NCBI RefSeq assembly: GCF_018350175.1
Contig: NC_058368.1
Location: 51,585,815-51,649,814, forward strand
Source: Felis catus
Taxonomy: Eukaryota
Direction of reading: 5' to 3'
Length of the DNA: 64,000 bases
Shown: one piece after another, positions 13,861 to 27,066 of the stretch
How the letters are laid out: each line of letters begins with the position of its first letter
Numbering within the stretch: the stretch's first letter is position 1
Notes under the pieces: generated by a model
Told to the model about the DNA's origin: nothing
What the model saw: only the letters and a program-made list of their open reading frames with translations
The model's database searches: none
Made by a program: the position numbers and the translations under genes

Positions 13861-15658
13861 GAATAAATGTAACCTTGAAAAACTAATTCCTGAAGGATGA
13901 GTTGAAAAGATGAGAGACTGGAGACAGGAAGATCACTTAGGAGGCTTTAAATGACCGTGGGAAGGATGGTGCATACATGGCCTAGGCAGGAACAAAGAGA
14001 TTGAGGAGTGGCTGACAGGGACCCTGACGAGTGGAGACAACTAATGTGAGGCTGTGCTCCCAAATCCCAGTACACAGCTCTTTCCCAGAGTCTTCCCAAA
14101 GGCCCCGTGAAAAGTACCATTATCCCATCACACAAGCCCTAGCAGACAGCAAAACTCAGGTTGTCTGGTTCCTATGCAGGCAACCGTTTCAGTTCTGATT
14201 CCACAGTTAATGTGTTTCCACATGAGACCAGATGAAAGCAACATCATCTTTGCCAAGGGCCCCTTGGGCTATTCTCTGCAGTTCAGCAACCTGAAGGTTA
14301 TAGCACCATTACATCAGCCTCCTCCTTGGGGACTGGCAAGCAGCTCTCAGGCTGTCTCCACGGAAGCCAGCTTTCCTTCCTCTACTGTGCTTGATCCTGA
14401 TCATTGCATGTAGTCTGCTTAGCCTGTACTAAAATCTTTTGCTTCCTGTTTACCAAGTCATGCTCATACCTGCAGTCTGCTCTGAATACAGCATTGTCAT
14501 TGCCCTAAGCAGTCATTGTGATCATTGCACATCTCACCTTTGAGCTCCTTCAGGCCTATGAGCTTACCCTTCAACATGCGTAACGCAGTGCTCAACACAG
14601 AATAAGCAATGTCACATGATGGAAACTGATATCACACGGGCACCTCTCTGAAGGGCCTGCTCACTTTTTGCTTGTTTACTCAGAAACAGATGTTGAAACA
14701 TCTGCTTAAATATTGTGAAATCTTTTCACAGATTGGACATTTAGTTCCTGCAGCATAACTGGGAAAGATCATGTTTACCAAACTGGAGGTGAATTGTATA
14801 TTGAAAGGGGAATTTGGTAGAATAGCTTGTGTAACATTTCAATGAGAGCGAGTGTAATATTAACATAAGCTTTCATGTGTTTAATAGGAAATAGCTTTGG
14901 TTGTTTCTAGCTTTAAATCTCATTAGTATATTATTACCTTGAATCTTTATTCATTTTATGGATATATTATATAGAATTGCTACACATAGAAATTTTATGG
15001 AAAACAATTTTGAACAAAGTTTAAAAGGTACCTGAGAGCTGAATTGGTACGTTAGAGAAGATACATAGAAAACTTTGTCCCTTTTTTCTTCTCCAGCAAA
15101 GCATTGTAAACCTTTCTAATTTTAAAATTGTTGCGTGTTCACATAATATCTCCAAGGAGCTGCATATTAGCCTATGAACATGCAGCTGCAACAATCCTAT
15201 TTTGCTTCTGTACTGCAAGAGAAGAACATTTGTTTTAAACAATTAAGATAATCCAGTTACCTCACAGACCCAGTGCCTTATTTTGAGTTTGAGTGATTTC
15301 TGTCTGATGTCACATAGAGGAAAATATAATTTTGCTTGTCTTTTAGCAGCAGATAATTTGTAGATTTTGCAGCTTAGTGGCTTGTCTTTAGAGGGAATTT
15401 TGAAATTGCACCTTGTGACTTGTACCATTTTGCATAATGAGATGATTGATACGATGTACTGGTAGCTTTTTCAAGCAAAAGCATGTGACTGGTTGAAAGT
15501 GGAAAATTCAGTTTGTTGTTTACCCTCCCTGATCTCAATCACTGGTTTCAACAGAAGTGTCGAGTTGCTTAGACATCATGTAGAATAGTTCAAGAATGAA
15601 GAAATTACTTCTAATTAAATCTCTCTGTTACCTTGCTGGGCTCAATTTTCTCCAGTTA

Positions 15659-15659
<1 letters not shown>

Positions 15660-15702
<43 letters not shown>
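15660..15702. repeat. (CA)n microsatellite
   Basis: Direct reading. Confidence 0.97.
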
Positions 15703-15703
<1 letters not shown>

Positions 15704-18392
15704 ACTGAAATAATAAAATAGAAGCATTTTCATCCGTTTTAGAGAAAAATAAAAAGTAATCAGAGTATTATTAGAACTTTCTCTTTTTTAAGTATTGTGC
15801 TGTGTTGAGAGTGATGCTTAACTGGTAGCTTTGGGGTGACCTCCACAATGACAATGCTTTATTGCTCCTCTATACAGATGTCTAGTGACTTTGAGCCCTA
15901 GTCCAGCTCTTTAGCACTCATAGAGGAAATTCACTATTTTTATTTAATTTAGAAGCCTATTGATCTGCCCTTAGTTGGAAGCATAGACTAGCCATATTCA
16001 AGTTGCCTACCAAAGTTTTAACCTTGAACACCCTGCTACTCAATCATTTTCAAAACCTTCATTTAGAGGAACAAAATTAATAAATGTGAATATCTAATAT
16101 TTAAAACCAAATCTAAAGGAATAATATTCCCGTATATATGAGTATCTAATATTCATAGGTATGTGATTGCTTGAAGGAGATGCCATTTATCTCTCAGATA
16201 TTATAAGCCTAACCACTGGGGCAAGCCAGGCCATGAGAGAGCTATATTGCATAGTTTTGACTACTCCACACTTGGGTATTAGGACATCAGCCTACCCTTT
16301 GAGACCTAATGCATCTTAGTGTTTGGGCAGCTTAGACTTTATAAGTCTTGCATCCAGTAGCTTCCCTGAAGCAGATTCTAAGGAACTATGTTCAGGACTG
16401 ATTGCCTATGTTCTTTTGCTGGATGTTCTCTAGCTTCTCTTGTAACTAGCATGCCAGGTCTAATGGACACCTGCCCATTGGTAACTATGCCAGACTTGTC
16501 CTTCAGGTCAGTGATGAGATGAAGCGTAACAAGTCAGAAAAATAAATAAATAAAGGAACCAGGAAGGACGTTTTCTGATTTTGAGCTTAGTAGAGAATGT
16601 GGTTTTTCCTGAAAAACTGCATGCCTTGTAATATACCTTAAGGGAAATTACCCAGTATCTGATTTGGAGAGGGAGAAAAAAGTAAATGTTGGTCTATTGT
16701 GTCTTTGATAAAAATAATCTGCTAATTGCTTAAACTTTGCTTTTGTTTTGTTTTATCTCTAAAACTATTATCTTCATAGGTGAAACTCTGTTTACTGGTC
16801 AGGGGACTTTTTGTTTTTGAAAGCCTTTTGGTACCATCCATGACCAAGTTGGTTTTATTTTAGCCTTTTTTTTTTTTTAGTGAAACTAAAATAACTTTCC
16901 CCTCCCTAATCCCCAGTAACTCAGTTCATTAACTATTAAATCTAATGAAAGTCATTCACAGTTGGTAGCAGAAAACTGTAGACGTTCTACTCATTTACTG
17001 GCTTTTTATAATCAAAGAGACTGAAGCATGTTGTTTCCAGTTGTGTATGCAAAAGGTAAATGGTGATGTTTTTGTGTTTGAACAGAGTGGTTAGTTCCTT
17101 CAGTTCCTTTTCTAAACCTTTCTGTGAGAACAAGTTAGTTCTTCTGGGAATAAAGAATTGCCTGCAGCCATATGCACTCATCTGTTCTCTACAGATGTGC
17201 TTGGTCTTTTTCACACCCAACTTGTGGGTGCTAGGGGTACCCAGTGCGAGTGGACAGGTCAGGCAGGCCTCAGGTAAGAAAGAATTTATAATTAAATGTG
17301 TAATTATAATAAAGCTATTACAAAAAGTGGTTTTTTTTGTTTTTTTTTTTTTTTACAAAACATCTTTCTCTGTCCTTGCTAATGGAACACAGTCTTCTGC
17401 TGGCTCTGTACTCTGAATTGCTCCTTTATAAGTGTTTTTTCTTGGTCTTTGTCACACATTGTCAAAATAGCTTGTTTGTGTGCTGTTTGCATCATAGCTC
17501 TAAGATCACATTCCTATGTAGTTCTTGAATTCTTTTGTCAAGAATGTCAACTAACAAGCATTCCTCCATTTTTGCTTTCTTATCTCTCTTATATTTCAAC
17601 AACTCCTACTAGGAAAATACACCTGAATTCACAGAGCCCCTATTATACAGGCAGCGTCCTGGGTTTGTTGGGTTGGGATAGAAGGGAAATGCTCTTTCCT
17701 TTTTAATTTAATTTTAATTTCATTTTTCTTGTCCTTCAATATATATCTCTTGTGGCCATTTCATCTCTAGGTTTTATGGGACCAATATGTGAATGCTAAT
17801 ACTGAATTCTTTTCTAGTATTTTATTTTGACTAAAAATTGTAAAGCTCGTATGCAATTCACCATAATGGAGTTTTACCACGCGGTTAACGTAGCAGGTTT
17901 AGACAGAAGACTTAAGTAGTGGAAACCTGAGTAGGGTAAACAGGCCCACAGTGACCAGTGGGCTGAATGCAAACAGGCTCTTTAGGCAACCCACCTCAAA
18001 ATATCCATAAGCTCTAGCTGACCAATCGGCTACTTATAACTGGTCGCAGTTACCAAAAAAGGAAAATTCCATATGTTCTCATGCATCGTCACTTCCCCCC
18101 TTAACTATGTGTGATTTGCCTATTGTTACACAGGTGGTATTGAATTAAAATTGGGAAAAGTACTCCTACTTGCTACTCTATCCAATCATATAGAATATTG
18201 AATTTTTCTATTTACTCCTATAATGATAATGATAGTGACTGTTTAAAAGATGTCTGCTGGCATTTGATGTAAATGTTATATTTTGAGGGTTTCAAAATTA
18301 TTCAGATGCCTTTGTAAGTTGTTAATATTTTTAAGGCATGACAAAAATGCATGTGTGTCTATGTATGTGTATGTATGAAACATGGCATAATT

Positions 18393-18586
18393 AAAAATTT
18401 TTTTTTATATTTAGTTTTGAGAGAGAGAGAGAGCATGAGCAGGGGAGGGGCAGAGAGAGACAGGAGACAGAGGATCCAAAGTAGGCTCTATCAAAGAGCC
18501 CAATGCAGGGCTCAAACCCACAAACTGCAAAATCAAGACCTGAGCTGAAGTTGGTGGCTTAACCGACTGAGCCACCCAGGGGCCCC
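18393..18586 (-). mobile_element. Can-SINE
   Basis: Typical body; short TSD GCATAATT. Confidence 0.92.
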
Positions 18587-18693
18587 AGCATAATTTTAAT
18601 GGGTTTAACATTTCCGGAATCATAAATATATAAGATCAGCTACTAGAAGCTACTAATGTATGTACTTAAATAACTATTGCCAAGGTCACACAC

Positions 18694-18914
18694 TGTATTA
18701 GTTTGCTGGGGCTGTCATAACAAGACTAGGGAGCTTAAACAACACAAATTTATTTTTCTAATAATTCTGAAGTCTTCAAGTCTGAGATCAAGTTATCGAC
18801 AGAGTAAGTTTCTTCTCTGGCCTATTGTCTTGACTTGTAGATCACCACTATCTCCCTGGGTCTTCACATGGCCCTTCCTCTGTGCATATCTATGACCTAA
18901 TCTCCTCCTCTTCT
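18694..18914 (-). mobile_element. MLT1A/B-like MaLR LTR, 3' part only
   Basis: TGTATTAGTTTGCTGGGGCTGTCATAACAA...GCTTAAACAACACAAATTTATTTT; cut by the L1 at ~18915. Confidence 0.8.
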
Positions 18915-19046
18915 TTTTTAGTTTTTAATTTTTAAAAAATTCTAGTATAGAATTAATGAACAGTGTTATATTAGTTTCAGGTATACAATATAGTGATCCA
19001 ACAATTCTGTACATTACTCAGTGTTCATCACGATAAGTGTACTCTT

Positions 19047-19270
19047 TTTTTTTTTTTAATTTTTTTTTTCAACGTTTATTTTTGGGACAGAGAGAGACAG
19101 AGCATGAACGGGGGAGGGGCAGAGAGAGAGAGGGAGACACAGAATCGGAAACAGGCTCCAGGCTCTGAGCCATCAGCCCAGAGCCCGACGCGGGGCTCGA
19201 ACTCACAGACCGCGAGATCGTGACCTGGCTGAAGTCGGACGCTTAACCGACTGCGCCACCCAGGCGCCCC
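19047..19270 (-). mobile_element. Young Can-SINE (SINEC_Fc)
   Basis: Perfect 18-bp TSD CACGATAAGTGTACTCTT at 19029-19046 and 19271-19288. Confidence 0.97.
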
Positions 19271-20612
19271 CACGATAAGTGTACTCTTATTTCCCATCAC
19301 CTATTTTACCCATTGACTCATCCACCTCCCCTCTGGGAATCATCAGTTTGTTCTCTGTAATTAAGAGTATTTGTTTGTTTGTTTATGTCCTTTTTCTTTG
19401 TTCATTTGTTTTGTTTTTTAAATTCCACATATGAATGAAATCATATGGTATTTATTTTTCTCTGACTGACTTATTTTGTTTAGTGTTGTATCCTCTAGAT
19501 CCATCCATATTGTTGCAAATGGCAAGATTTCATTCTTGTTTATGGGCGAGTAATATTCCATTCATATATACATATCTTATATCTTCTTCATCCATTTATT
19601 TATCAATGGATTCTTGGATTGCTTCCATATCTTGGCTATTATAAATAATGCTGCAATAAGCATAGGCGTGCATATATCCTTTCAAATTAGTGTTTTCGTA
19701 TTTTTTGAGTAAACAGCCAGTGAAGGAATTACTAGATCATATGGTAATTCTATTTTTCATTTTTTGAGGAACCTCCCTACTGTTTTTCACAGTGGCCGAA
19801 CCAGTTTGCATTCCTATGAACAGTGCACAAAGGTTCCTTTGCCCACACTTGTTGTTTCCTGTATTTTTTATTTTAGCCATTCTGACAGGTATGAGGTGAT
19901 ATCCCATTGTGGTTTTGATTTGCATTTTCCTGATGATTAATGATGCTGAACATCTTTGCTGTGTCTCTGGCTATCTGGATGTCTTCTGCCCATTTTTAAC
20001 TGGATTATTTGGTATTTTTGATATTGAGTTGTATCAATTCTTCATATTCTCTGCATACTAACTCTTTATCAGATATGTTATTTGCAAATAAATTCTCCCA
20101 TTCAGTAGATTGTCTTTTAGTTTTGTTGATTGTTTCTTTTGCTTTGCAGAAGCTTTTTATTTTGATGTAGTCCCAATAATTTATTTTTTCTTTTGTTTCC
20201 CTTGCCTCAGGAGACATATCTAGAAAAATGTTGTTATAGCCAATGTCAGAGAAATTACTGTCTGTGCTCTCTTCTAGGATTTTTATAGTTTCAGATCTCA
20301 CATTTAGGTATTTAATCCATTTTGAGTTTTATTTCTGTAAGTGGTCTAGTTTCATTGTTCAGAATGTAGTTGTCCGGTTTTTCTAACACCATTTTTTGAA
20401 GAGTCTATGTTTTTCCCCATTGCATATTCTTGCCTTCTTTGTTGAAGATTAGTTGAGCATATAATTGTGGGTTTGTTTCTGAGTTCTCTATTGTGTTCCA
20501 TTGATCTATAGGTCTATTTTTGTGCCAGTACCATACTGCTTTGATTACTACAGCTTTGTAGTATAGTTTGATATCAGGAATATTGATACCTCCAGTTTTG
20601 GTCTTCTTTTTC

Positions 20613-20815
20613 TTTTTTAAGTTTATTTATTTCCTTTGAGAGAGAGAGTATGTGTGTGAAAGAGCAAGCTGGGGAGGGACAGAGAGAGAATCCCAAGCAG
20701 GCTCTGCACTGATAGCAGGAGCCCAATGTGGGGCTTAAACTCATGAACTGAGAAATCATGACCTGAGCCAAAATCAGGAGTTGGACGCTTAACCAACTGA
20801 GCCATCCAGGAGCCC
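20613..20815 (-). mobile_element. Can-SINE inside L1
   Basis: TSD TTCTTTTTC. Confidence 0.93.
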
Positions 20816-21817
20816 TGTTCTTTTTCAAGATTGCTTTGGCTATCCAGGGTCTTTTGTGGTTCCATATAAATTTTAGGATTATTTGTTCTAGTTCTGTGAA
20901 AAATGCTTTTGATATTTTGATAAGGATTGCATTAAATCTGTAGATTGCTTTGGGTAGTATGGGCATTTTAACAATATTGATTTTCCCAGTCCATGAATAT
21001 GGAATATCTTTCCATTTGTTTGTGCCATCTTTCATCAATGTTTTATAGTTTTCAGAGTACAGGTCTTTCATCTCCTTGGTTAAGTTATTCCTAGGTTTGG
21101 TGCAATTGTAAATGGGATTATTTTCTCAATTTCTCTTTCTGTTGCTTCGTTATTAGGATATAACAATGCAACAGATTTCTGCACATTGATTTTGTATCCT
21201 GTGGCTTTACTGAATTCATTTATCAGTTCTAGTAGATTTTTGGTGGAGTCATTAGGGTTTTCTATATGTAGTATCATGTCATATGCAAATAGTGAAAACT
21301 TTACTTCTTCTTTACCAATTTGGATGCCTTTAATTTCCTTTGTTGTCTGATTGCTGTAGCTAGGACTTCCAGTACCATGTTGAATAAAAGTGGTGATAAT
21401 GGACATCCTTGTCTTGTTCCTGACCTTAGGGGGAAAAGCTCTCAGTGTTTCACCATTGAGATGATGTTTTTTTGTGGGTTTTTCATGTATAGCCTTTATT
21501 ATGTGGAGGTTCCCTTTAAACCTATTTTGTTGAGGTTTTTTATCATGAATGGATCTTGTACTTCGTCAAATGCCTTTTCGTCATCTATTGAAATGACCAT
21601 ATGGCTTTTTATCCATTCTCTTGTTGATATGATGTATCACATTGATTGATTTTCAAATACTGAATCACCCTTGCATGCCAAAAATAAATCCCACTTGATC
21701 ATGGTAAATGATTTTTTTAATGTGTTGTTGGATATGGTGTGCTAATATTTGTTAAGGATTTTTGCATCTATGTTCATCAGAGATATCAACCTATAGTTCT
21801 CTTTTTTCATAGTGTCT

Positions 21818-22015
21818 TTAATTCTTTTTTAATGTTTTATTTTTTATTTTTGAGAGAGACAGAATGTGAATGGGGCAGGGACAGAGAGAGAGGGTGACAC
21901 AAAATGCTCTGAGCTGTCAGCACAGAGCCCAATGTGGGGCTCAAACTCACCAACTGTGAGATCATGACCAGGGCCGAAGTCAGAGGCTTAACTGACTGAC
22001 CACCCAGGCAACCCT
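21818..22015 (-). mobile_element. Can-SINE inside L1, internally deleted
   Basis: TSD TAGTGTCT. Confidence 0.9.
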
Positions 22016-22847
22016 GTAGTGTCTCTGTCTGGTTTTGGTATCAGGATAATGCTGGCATCATAGAATGAATTTGGAAGCTTTCCTTCTACCTCTTCTATTT
22101 TTTGGAACAGTTTGAGAAGATTGTATACTAGCTATTCTTTAAATATTCAGTGGAATTCATCTGTGAAGGCATCTAGTCCTGGAGTTTTGTTTGTTAGGAG
22201 TTTTTTGATTACTGACTCAACTTCATTGCTTGTAATCAGGTCTGTTCAAATTGTCTATTTCTTTCTTATTCAGATTTGGGAGGTTGTGTGTTCCCAGAAA
22301 TTTATCCATTTCTTCTAGGTTGTTTGGTTTGTTGGCCTATAATTTTTCATAATATTCTCTTATAATTCTTCATATTTCTGTGGTGTTGTTATTTGTCCTC
22401 TTTCATTTCTGATTTTTGTTTATTTGAGTCCTTTCTGTTTTGTTTTTGTTTTTGTTTTTTTCTTTGGGGCTAATGGTGTATAAATTTTGTTGATCTTTTT
22501 AAAGAACCAGCTCCTGGTTTTATTGTTCTGTTCCATTGCATTTTTACTTTCTATTTCATTCTACCCTAATCTTTATTATTTCCTTCCTTCTGCTGTCTTT
22601 GGGTTTTGTTTGTCTTTCTTTTTCTAGTTCCTTTAGGTGTAGGGTTAGGTTGTTTATTTGAGATTTTTCTTGTTTCTTGAGGTAGACCTGTATTGCTATA
22701 AACTTTCATTCTAGAACAGCTTTTGCTGCATCCCAGAGATTTCAGACCACTGTGTTTTTGTTTTCATTTGTCTCCATATGTTTTTTGATTTTCTCTCTGA
22801 TTTCTTGGTTTACCTGTTCATTATTTAGTAGCATGTTATTTAACCTC

Positions 22848-22889
22848 CATGTATTTGTATTTGTATTTGTATTTGTATTTGTATTTGTG
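22848..22889. repeat. (TGTATT)n hexanucleotide repeat within L1
   Basis: Direct reading. Confidence 0.9.
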
Positions 22890-22967
22890 TTCTTTCCAGA
22901 TTTTTTTTCATGTGGTTGATTTCTAGTTTCATACCATTGTAGTAGGATTCATGATATGATTTTGATC

Positions 22968-23190
22968 TTTTAAAAAAATTTTGTTTAATGTTTGTTTGTT
23001 TTTAAAAAAGAGTAAGAGAGAGAGCGAGCATAAGCAGGGGAGAGGCAGAGGGAGAGGGAGATACAGAATCTGAAGCAGGCTCCAAGCTCTGAGCTGTCAG
23101 CACAGAGCCTGACATGGGGTTTGAACTCACAAATCATGAGATCATGACCTGAGTGGAAGTTGGATGCTTAACCGACTGAGCCATCCAGGC
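22968..23190 (-). mobile_element. Can-SINE missing its last 5' bases and its right-hand TSD
   Basis: Ends CCATCCAGGC and runs directly into L1 3' sequence. Confidence 0.92.
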
Positions 23191-23215
23191 TGAGGTATAC
23201 ATTCATATATATATG

Positions 23216-23265
<50 letters not shown>

Positions 23266-25503
23266 ACATCTTCTTTATCCATTTATCTATTGATGGACAT
23301 TTGTGCTCTTTCCATACTTTGGCTATTGTTGATAGCACTGCTATAAACATTGGGGTGCATGTGCCTTTTCAAAATAACACACTTGTATCCTTTGGGTAAA
23401 TACCTATGGTGCAATTGCTGGGTTGTAGGGTAGTTCTATTTTTATTTTTTTATTATTTTTATTTTTTTAATTTTATTTTTAATTTTTTAAAAATTTACAT
23501 CCAAATTAGCATATAGTGAAACAATGATTTCAGGAGTAAATTCCTTAATGCCCCTTACCCATTTAGCCCATCCCCCCTCCCACAACCCCTCCAGCAACCC
23601 TCACTTTATTCTCCATATTTATGAGTCTCTTCTGTTTTTTCCCCTCCCTGTTTTTATATTATTTTTGTTTCCCTTACCTTACGTTCTTTTGTTTTGTATC
23701 TTAAAGTCCTCATATGAGTGAAGTCCTATGATTTTTGTCTTTCTCTGACTGACTAATTTCCCTCAGCATAATACCCTCCAGTTCCATTCTCCAGTTCCAG
23801 CCAAGTAGTTGCAAATGGCAAGATGTAATTCTTTTTGATTGCCGAACAACACTCTGTTGTATATATATACCACATCTTCTTTATCCATTCATCCATCGAT
23901 GGACTTTTGGGCTCTTTCCATACTTTGGCTATTGTTGAAAGTGCTGCTATAAACATGAGGGTGCACATGTCCCTTCGAAACAGCACACCTGTATCCCTTG
24001 GATAAATGCCTAGTAGTGCAATTGCTGGGTTGTAGGGTAGTTCTGTTTTTAGTTTTTGAGGAACTTCCATACTGTTTTCCAGAGTGGCTGCACCAGATTG
24101 CATTGCCACCAACAATGCAAAAGAGATCCTCTTTCTCCGCATCCTCGCCAACATCTATTGTTGCCTGAGTTGTTAATGTTAGCCATTCTGACAGGCGTGA
24201 GGTGGTATCTCATTGTGGTTTTGATTTGTATTTCCCTGATGATGAGTGATGTTGAGCATTTTTTCATGTGTTGGTTGGCCATCTGGATGTCTTGGAGAAA
24301 TGTCTATTCATGTCTTTTGCCCATTTCTTCACTGGATTATTTGTTTTTTGGGTGTTGAGTTTGATAAGTTCTTAATAGATTTGGGATACTAACCCTTTAT
24401 CTGATATGTCATTTGCAAATATCTTCTCCTGTTCTGTCAGTTCCCTTTTAGTTTTGCTGATTGTTTCCTTTGCTGTGCTGAGGCTTTTTATTTTGATGAG
24501 GTCCCAGTAGTTGACTTTTGCTTTGGTTTCCCTTGCCTCTGGAGACATGTTGAGTAAGAAGTTGCTGTGGGCAAGATCAAAGAGGTTTTTGCCTGCTTTC
24601 CCCTCGAGGATTTTGATGACTTCCTGTCTTACATTGAAGTCTTTCATCCATTTTGAGTTTATTTTTGTATATGGTGTAAGAAAGTGGTCCAGGTTCATTC
24701 TTCTGCATGTTGCTGTCCAGTTTTCCCAGCACCACTTGCTGAAGAGACTGTCTTTATTCCATTGGATATTCTTTCCTGCTTTGTCAAAGATTAGTTGGCC
24801 ATACGTTTGTGGGTCCATTTCTGGGTTCTCTATTCTGTTCCATTGATCTGAGTGTCTGTTCCATACTGTCTTGATGATTACAGCTTTGTAGTATAGCTTG
24901 AAGTCTGGGATTGTGAGGCCTCCTGCTTTGTTTTTCTTTTTCAAGATTGCTTTGGCTATTTGAGGTCTTTTCTGGTTCCATACAAATTTTAGGATTATTT
25001 GTTCTAGCTCTGTGAAGAATGCTGGTGTTACTTTGACAGGGATTGCATTGAATATGTAGATTTATTTTTTTTGAGGAACCTCCATATTGTTTTCCAGACT
25101 GGCTGCACCAGTTTGCATTCCCATCAACAGTGCAAAAGGGTTCCTCTTTCTCTGCATCCTCACCAACATCTGTTGTTGCCTGAGTTGTTAATTTTAGCCA
25201 TTCTGACAGGTGTGAGGTGGTATCTCATTGTGGTTTTGATTTGTATTTCCCTGATGATGAGTGATGTTGAGCATTTTTTCATGTGTCTATTCGCCTTCTG
25301 GATGTCTTCTTTGGAAAAGTGTCTATTCATGTCTCTTGCCTATTTATTCACTGGATATTTTGTTTTTTGGATGTTGAGTTTGATAAGTCCTTTATAGATT
25401 TTGGATACTAACCCTTTATCTGATATGCCATTTGCATATATCTTCTCCCATTCCATCAGTTGTCTTTTAGTTTTGTTGATTGTTTTCTTTACCATTCAGA
25501 AGT
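23191..25503 (-). mobile_element. Second L1 (23191-23451 plus 25061-25503), split by a nested L1
   Basis: TAGTTCTATTTTTA at ~23431 continues as TTTTTTGAGGAACC at ~25066; contains (CA)n at 23219-23263. Confidence 0.88.
23452..25060 (-). mobile_element. Nested, 5'-truncated felid L1 (~1.6 kb)
   Basis: Own poly-A tail at ~23452-23490 and 3'UTR; ORF2 C-terminal ORFs at 24372-24944 and 23753-24154; TSD TTTATTTTTTT at 23441 and 25061. Confidence 0.92.
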
Positions 25504-27022
25504 AAACAGGTCCCTTTGTATGATACTTCAATTCTATTCCTGGGAGACAAACTAAGCCAGCAGCTAATGAGTCTTCTGGTGGATCTGCCCATTTGAAAAC
25601 ACCAAATTTGCTGTAATGAATTTTGTAGTGCTCTTAGGAACTGCTATGCCTAGCATACAGACATTAATGCATCCTTTTTGAGACAAAAACAAGGAAAGAA
25701 ACAAAGAAACAAAACCAAAAAATCACAATACAGTATTTTGAAAAGCTATTTGTTCTCAAAACAGAATCTGTTCCATAGAAGGAGTATGACATATTTTATA
25801 TGTGAAGTAAACAAAACATGCTACATTACATAGGGTCCTAGTTGGAATATTCTAGAAGAAAGACTTACCTCAAAGCAGAAGTCTAAAAACTGGAGCCAAA
25901 ATTTAATCCTTTTATGAAAGCAGACAATGTTCACAGCAATCCTGTCATTGCCTTATCAACAAAGATGAAACTGCTCAAGTTGGTGGGAACCCACTTTGGC
26001 TGGTAGTTAAATAAATCTAATTTGGTCCCTCATTATTCTAGTGATACAGGTGGAAATATATGGACCTATATATGAAATATATGAATATGAAATAAATGGA
26101 TATATATAGAAAAATTCCTGATAAGAATTAGGAATTCTTAGGAATGTCACTCATTAGAAGACAGTGTAATGAAACATCATGTAGAGTCTGATGGAAGAAT
26201 GGATAGAAGCTCCCTTGAATTTCCAGGTGTGGAAAAGAATCAAGAAATTTCACTTTTAGGTTATTCATCTGTTTGCATAAATATTTGCTGATTTTATGCC
26301 TTATACATTTCCCACTATCCTTTACCATTTCAGACGAATTGTGCTACTAGAGAATTTTTAAAATAATTTAGTTTTCAAATCCCAAGTATTAGCACTAGTA
26401 GGGCAAAATGAATGTTTTTATGCAAAGTAGAATGGGGGAATGCTTAGTGATGACAGTTAAAATGCTGTTTTTTTTCCTAACATAGTACTGTTTCAATGGT
26501 AAAGTCATTGAATTCAATTATCTATTAACAACATGTGAATTTATTTAATGATAGTGTACAATTTTAGTAGGAGTTACTAGAAATTTTCTAAGAATGTTGA
26601 TTCATCTCAAATCACATTGTTTTACAGATGTAGTCTGTTGAGTTTTAACAAAAACCCCACAGCTAATTACAGGTAGGAAATAATTATATCACATGACTAT
26701 TTTCATTGCTGGTGTTGGTTTTTGTCTTATATCCAGCAAAACTATGTGCTGCTTAGCAACACACTTTCTGTAGTCAAGGAAACATTGTCACACACTTAGA
26801 AGAAGAGATAGAAATGAATAATTGAAGGCTATCCTTGAGGTACTGAGAAGATACTTACAGGGAGGAAGTAACTGTCCTCTAGTTTAATTAAATTAAAAGC
26901 AGTTTCTAGCACAGCTTAAATGATTAAGGTCGGAAAAACATTTTTTTGACTTCACTGATGCCTAAACTTGGTTAGAGAGAGATTTTATAGATGGAGATGT
27001 CACCTTGAGTTTCAAGGCTCAA

Positions 27023-27023
<1 letters not shown>

Positions 27024-27064
<41 letters not shown>
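27024..27064. repeat. (TG)n microsatellite
   Basis: Direct reading. Confidence 0.97.

Positions 27065-27066
<2 letters not shown>

Larger units (their letters stand above)
18915..22967 (-). mobile_element. Carnivore L1 (3'UTR plus ORF2 RT/C-terminal region), degraded, carrying three SINE insertions
   Basis: ORF2 fragments in the track (21080-21406 with SLFAYDMIL, a decayed FADD RT motif; also 20574-21071 and 20005-20301); T-rich tail at ~18915. Confidence 0.95.

Noticed and set aside
16505..16582. Possible C/D-box snoRNA (GTGATGA ... CTGA, ~70 nt)
   Set aside because: No terminal stem, low-complexity A-rich interior and no recognisable rRNA/snRNA guide.
23753..24944. Long ORFs (190 aa, 133 aa) as genes
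   Set aside because: They are frameshifted fragments of L1 ORF2 in a 5'-truncated copy.
25862..25960. Consensus minus-strand donor AG|GTAAGT
   Set aside because: No convincing acceptor or recognisable reading frame; isolated donors are expected by chance.
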